Shown here: one piece after another, positions 58,454 through 64,000 of the stretch
How positions within the stretch are numbered: the stretch's first letter is position 1
Layout of the letters: every line of letters begins with the position of its first letter
DNA from: the human T2T-CHM13v2.0 reference genome, Homo sapiens
Strand: one strand, 5' to 3'
NCBI RefSeq assembly: GCF_009914755.1
Contig: NC_060942.1
DNA length: 64,000 nucleotides
Program-made: the position numbers and the translations under genes
Notes under the pieces: generated by a model
Database searches by the model: none
Seen by the model: only the letters and a program-made list of their open reading frames with translations
What the model was told of the DNA's origin: nothing

Positions 58454-59084
58454 TAACCTCTTCAGAATCTTCAATTTATTTTCTCTTCTATAAATATGGC
58501 AACAATGGCTATCACAAAAGATTACTGTGGGAGTTAAATAAGGCAATATGTATAAAGTATCCATTATATACTGGGCACAAGATTTATCGCATTTGCTTTT
58601 AGCAAACTGTGGCCACTCTGAGGGCTTTTGGGGCTTACATTCCGACTTCTGGATATATGTGAAGTATCAGATAATTGTCCTCCAGACAAATGAGAAGATA
58701 AAGTAGTGTAATTCTATTTATGTCAGAAGAGCAATATGCTGAATTTGTAATAAGCACAACGCTAGCACCAAGGAAGGCCTTTGGTATATGGTAACATTTC
58801 CTTACATCTCCCTGCTAATCACATTATCAGTAGAATATGTTGTCAATATAAGCAGGTCAACAATATGAGGATATAAATATATTAATCATCATGGATGAAA
58901 AGTAGTAAGGTGGAGGTAATAATTGATGAATGCAATAAATGTCCCAAGAAAACCTGCCCTGCCTGCTTTCTATTTGCTCTCTGGTGGAATAACATCATCT
59001 GTGTTTTGAATATCACAGCTATAGAAAAAAAAAAAAAAGGAAAACAAAACCCAGTTAAATTTCTAATGACAAAGCATCTAGGAG

Positions 59085-59201
59085 AATTAGTGAGGATAAG
59101 ATTAGTAAGTGCTTTTATAATTAAATATAATTAAACTTTATATATATGTGTATATATATATACAATTATAAAAGCACTTATTAATCTCATAGTCACTGAT
59201 T
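59085..59201. repeat. Inverted repeat, 38-bp arms (33/38 identical), TA-rich loop
   Basis: aattagtgaggataagattagtaagtgcttttataatt versus reverse complement of 59164-59201 aatcagtgactatgagattaataagtgcttttataatt. Confidence 0.9.
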
Positions 59202-59644
59202 TGTAAAAATAAATCAACACTACCACATAAAAGCATGGGAATTATGAACAGATACATTGTTTATATTTTACATCTAAAAGTTCCAATTCCAGATATTAAA
59301 AAATAATTTGTTTTATTCTATCATTTTTAATTCTCAACTTTCAAACTTCTATCAGTAACAAGGAAAACAATACAAAAAATTTATAAAGAAAAAATTAGTA
59401 AAAATAAATCCTGGACTGAAATACAAGTATATGGCTCTAGCTTATATCACATCCTGGTACCACCACATGTCATCTGATACCCCGCAACTACAGCTGAAGT
59501 TAGAATCTGATATGTGTGGATGCCCTCTTTATAAGAGAGGACATAAGAAACTAAGATTTTGCGTATGCTCTTTCAATAGTAAAAGCACCATTTCCAGAGT
59601 CCAGGAGCAAAAATAATAAAATTGTTATGCCATGAAAATGGAGA

Positions 59645-59647
<3 letters not shown>

Positions 59648-59676
<29 letters not shown>

Positions 59677-59686
59677 TGTATGCATA

Positions 59687-59737
<51 letters not shown>
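59648..59737. repeat. (TA)n and (TG)n microsatellites
   Basis: Direct reading. Confidence 0.95.
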
Positions 59738-59739
<2 letters not shown>

Positions 59740-62195
59740 CTTCTCCCATCCGCAACCCAGGGGAGAAATGGGGAGTGAAAAAGGTCAGAGAAGGAAAGGA
59801 AGCTAGTTTAAAAAAAGAAAACACTTAACTGGTCAAGGTCACTTCCTCTCCAACCTTTCCAACACTCACTCAAAGCTAAGAAGCTCACCTAATTTCACTG
59901 AAAACTGAAACAGTCCTCAGGCGGTAAATGTCTGTTTACATCTCAGTATGTTCCTAACTCACCTTTTCTGTACATCCATCTTCTCAGATCCCTGTTTTAT
60001 TTGTTTGGGCGGGGGACGAGGGCAAGGATTCTTTGCATTTTAAAATGCATTTTAAAGGTATATACAGTAGGCATTATGCTAAGTGAAAGAAGCCAGTCTT
60101 TCCCACTCTGTGTGATTCCACTCCTATGATACCCAGAAAAGGAAAACCTATAGGGAAGGTTGCCCCAGATTGGGATGGAGGGGAGTCTGACAACAAAGGC
60201 TCAGCACAAGCAACTTCTTTGGGGTGCTAGGACTGTACTTTCTGGTTTTTAATACACTGAGACTTTATCCAGCTTATATAATGACCATGTTCTTTTCTTT
60301 CCAAGCCTGTTCCTCAAGGAATGGCCCAATGTGCACTATCGCCCTTTCCCAAGTCTACTGCAACTTTATTAGCCCACCCCCTTTCTAGCCAACTTGCACT
60401 AAACGTACTCCAATAGTCAGTCAGCTCCTCTCACCAAATTCCATGATCTTTTCTCATTATCTTTGGCCACTATGGGCCTCAGTGCTTCAGAGGGAGCAGG
60501 GAAGGAAAAGGTCTTCCTTTGCCTAAGTTTAACATTTCCTGATGTACTCACTTGGGTGAGTAGGTTTTTCTTTGGCGATTCTGTTCACTTGGAGGTCTCC
60601 CCACTCTATTACTTTCTCAACCATTAGAAGTCCAAAGACAGTAATATTCAAAAGGTGAGTAATATTCAAAATATTCAAAACATATGTAAGGACTCCCCCT
60701 CTATGATGGCTACCTAGTCTCTTGCACTACACTTCATAAGCACTACTGCTGTCATAAATCCTAAACTACTCACTGAAAATCTGATTTCCCCTGCCAAATC
60801 CAGTGGTTTTCTCAGCTTAATCTTGCTGCCTGGTGTGAGGCCAAATAACCAATAAATAGAATAGGTATAAGGAACAGTGATTTAATATTTGGAGAAACTC
60901 CCAAAATGTGCTATCACCCTCAGTTATTACACCTCCCTCTAATCCTCACTAACCAGACGCTCTGAGTACATCTAATATCTTGTTCTCTTTGTTACCTTCC
61001 AGTATATTAGAACATTGGCTAGCTCCACATGCCTATCACCTTATAACACTAATGGTCTGGGCAATGTCCTATCCAGGAAACCAGCTGATTGAGGGAGAAA
61101 CATGGGATGGAATTAAAAGTCACTTAAAGCCACAAAAGTGCCTAAAATTTAACTGACAGTGCAGAGCATCTTTGGAGAAACCATCTTAGTAGTCACTGCA
61201 GTTCATCTCTACACATTTTCTCCACACAGTTCTCCTAGTAAGGACATCAACGGAAGCATAGTTGCATGTACTTTACCCCACTTAGTGTCCCAAAGAACAA
61301 ACATGAAGGTGTATTACAAAAACTGCTTCTTTAGTGAGGTCAATGATCAAATCTGTTTACTGAAAGTAAAATGAACCCACGATAGCATTTTCTTTTCATA
61401 ATTGTTATATATTTAACTTGGACTTTGAGGGATTTGTTCAACTTGCCTTATGAAGAATATCTAAAGAGGATGAGAAAGAAACAGGGATCACAAACAACTC
61501 CTCGCCACCATTCACAGACACCGATCCCTATTCTGATGCTCTGGGAACCGAGGCTGATAATGTTGATTATTATTTACCTTCATCACTCCGAGTTTATTAA
61601 TATTACTCTAAGAGATTTGTACTCTTTAGTGAAGAACAAAAGAGATGGCTTACTAGGAAAAAGGAATTTGAGGATCAACAATATTCAACAAATACTCTTT
61701 GAATGCCCATGATATGCAATGTGTTTTTCTTGCACTGGGGATGCTTGGTAGGATAATCGGCAATCGCTGCCCTCCAGGAGGTGTTTGGTGGAAAACATGC
61801 AAAACTCTACAAGGCCGACTGCAATAATGAAGATCCAAAACTAACTTCAATTTGGGAAGACCTGGAAAGGCTTCTAGGAAGAGGTAGCCCTTGAAAATTG
61901 TGTAAGAATTCTATAAGCATGTAGAAGAGAAAAGACTATTCCAACCCAAGAAATTGTATGGGCAAGGAGGTAACAGAGTGCAGGTCAGTGTTTCTAAAGA
62001 TCTTATAAAGAACAATAACCAAGGTGGCTTATTTTAAAAATATATTCCAAGGCCTCATCCCCAGAGATTCTATTCAATAGATCTGGGATTAGAAAGCTAG
62101 TTTTATTTTTTTTTTTACAAATACTTAAGGTGATTCTGATGCAGGTTCGAGTTATGAGAAAGACTGGTTTGGTTTGTGTTGAAAGAGTGGTAGTA

Positions 62196-62533
<338 letters not shown>

Positions 62534-64000
62534 TCACTATGCTGAAAGATTTTAAAAAATATTATTCCATCCTCTTCCTTGCAGACAACAAGAGGAAGAC
62601 ATTTGCCTTCCTATTATTTCATTGCAGGAGGAGATATGTTTATTTAAAAGCAGATAAGTTTATTTAAAAGTAGAGCTAATTGTTTAGGTTAAATGAAGAA
62701 AGGGCTTACCCAATGTTCTGTCTTACCCAGTGAAACTATGCCCAGTCATACTGTCTTGATGAAATAGGGAGAGGAAGAGGAGGAAAACTACCACTTAGCC
62801 ATCAACACCTTTCCATAGGCCTGGCACTGTGCTAAGCACCTTCTGTACAGAAATTCAGTTAAACTTTCCTGCAGCATTTTGGAGAAGATATTACTCCCAT
62901 TTACAGATAAAGAAACGGAAGCATGGGGAACTTAAATAACTTACACAATTAATCAGTGGTGCAGCTGGAATTAAAACTCAGGTCAGTGTGATTAAACAGT
63001 CCTTCTCTTAACAAAAACTCTGAAAGAGCATTTACATGTTTGGCTCTTGTTAGGTTATATAGTACAAGCCTCAGACACTTCTACTCATGCCATCAAAGGC
63101 TGATAATAATAGATCAGTAAACTTTAAGAGAACTATCAAATTACTCTTAATCCATTTAACTCCTAAGTAATAGATACTGTATAAGTCTCAATTGTAGGTG
63201 ATCTGTGCCTGATGCTGCCTCTTCCTTAGGCAGAATTGAGAAGACAGGCTTATAATATATTGAAGCTAAAACCAGCATAGAGTTTTATGGGGATATCAAA
63301 TTGTCATGAGAAGTAGCTCACATGGTAAAAAATAAAGAATTGGTGTAACATATTTTCTCTGCAAATTAGCGTTCTTAGACCACAATTACAAATATCAATC
63401 ACATAGAACATGAAATTGTTATTTGGTGGATAGAAATTAAAGAGACCCCACTCCAAGAAAACACTTCCAGATAAGCGACACTAACGATGGTATGGGAGCA
63501 AGTATTTCAAAAAATGGAAAAAGAAAGGGAGTGATTTGCATATATAACTGAAGGCTTTTGAATTTTTTCTTAAGAATACTGTTTCAGATTAATTATACTA
63601 ATAGCTACTTCTCATGACCACACTGAAAAGCATCTACATCATATATCCTAGCACGATTTTCATTAATCATTATATCCAATTTGAAAAGTACTGATGTGTC
63701 TCTGTTGTGTTAAAAAAAAAAATTCACTAGACAAAATGAAACTGACTTTCCCTGTATACTCACGACCTCAACTTGACAGTCAACCCTGAGGACGGGAATA
63801 TCTAACTTATTAGCAGAGTGAATGGGATTGGGTTTTAGAATCTGAACAACCAATGTTCAAACTTGCTTTTTCACTAGCTTTATAAATTGGACAATTGACC
63901 TCTCTAAATATCGGTTTCATACTATATCGAATGGGACAATATAAGCAATCTCAAAGGGTTATGGGAACAAAATGAGGAAGCGTTATAAACACTTGAACAT

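Noticed and set aside
60034-60056. Overlapping 16-18 bp palindromes TGCATTTTAAAATGCA / TTTAAAATGCATTTTAAA
   Set aside because: Explained by a 12-bp micro-duplication of AT-rich sequence; low significance.

Overview
This is primate (human-like) genomic DNA. The right third holds the 3' part of MBD2 (methyl-CpG-binding domain protein 2) on the minus strand: three coding exons (57151-57241, 55598-55775, 50840-50978, stop at 50852-50854) with canonical GT-AG sites, and a non-coding terminal exon starting at 46386 with proximal (about 45873-45934) and distal (about 42697) poly(A) signals. The left ~42 kb is repeat-rich downstream DNA: L1, Alu, L2/MIR, THE1/MST/MLT1, MER34/39/57/21 LTRs, Tigger/MER DNA transposons and a processed KRAB-ZNF pseudogene fragment. 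No new protein-coding gene is supported. The best leads are: (i) recursive/re-splicing-type AG|GT sites in MBD2, plus two well-formed orphan minus-strand exons ~26 kb downstream; (ii) a long intronic hairpin carrying a miR-302-type seed that matches an 8mer site in the host 3'UTR; (iii) a 3'-truncated KRAB retrocopy fused to antisense L1; (iv) several local templated duplications and inversions; (v) a 55-bp VNTR born inside an L2. All of these are hypotheses. Repeat subfamily names come from recognising consensus motifs by eye, and repeat boundaries are approximate.
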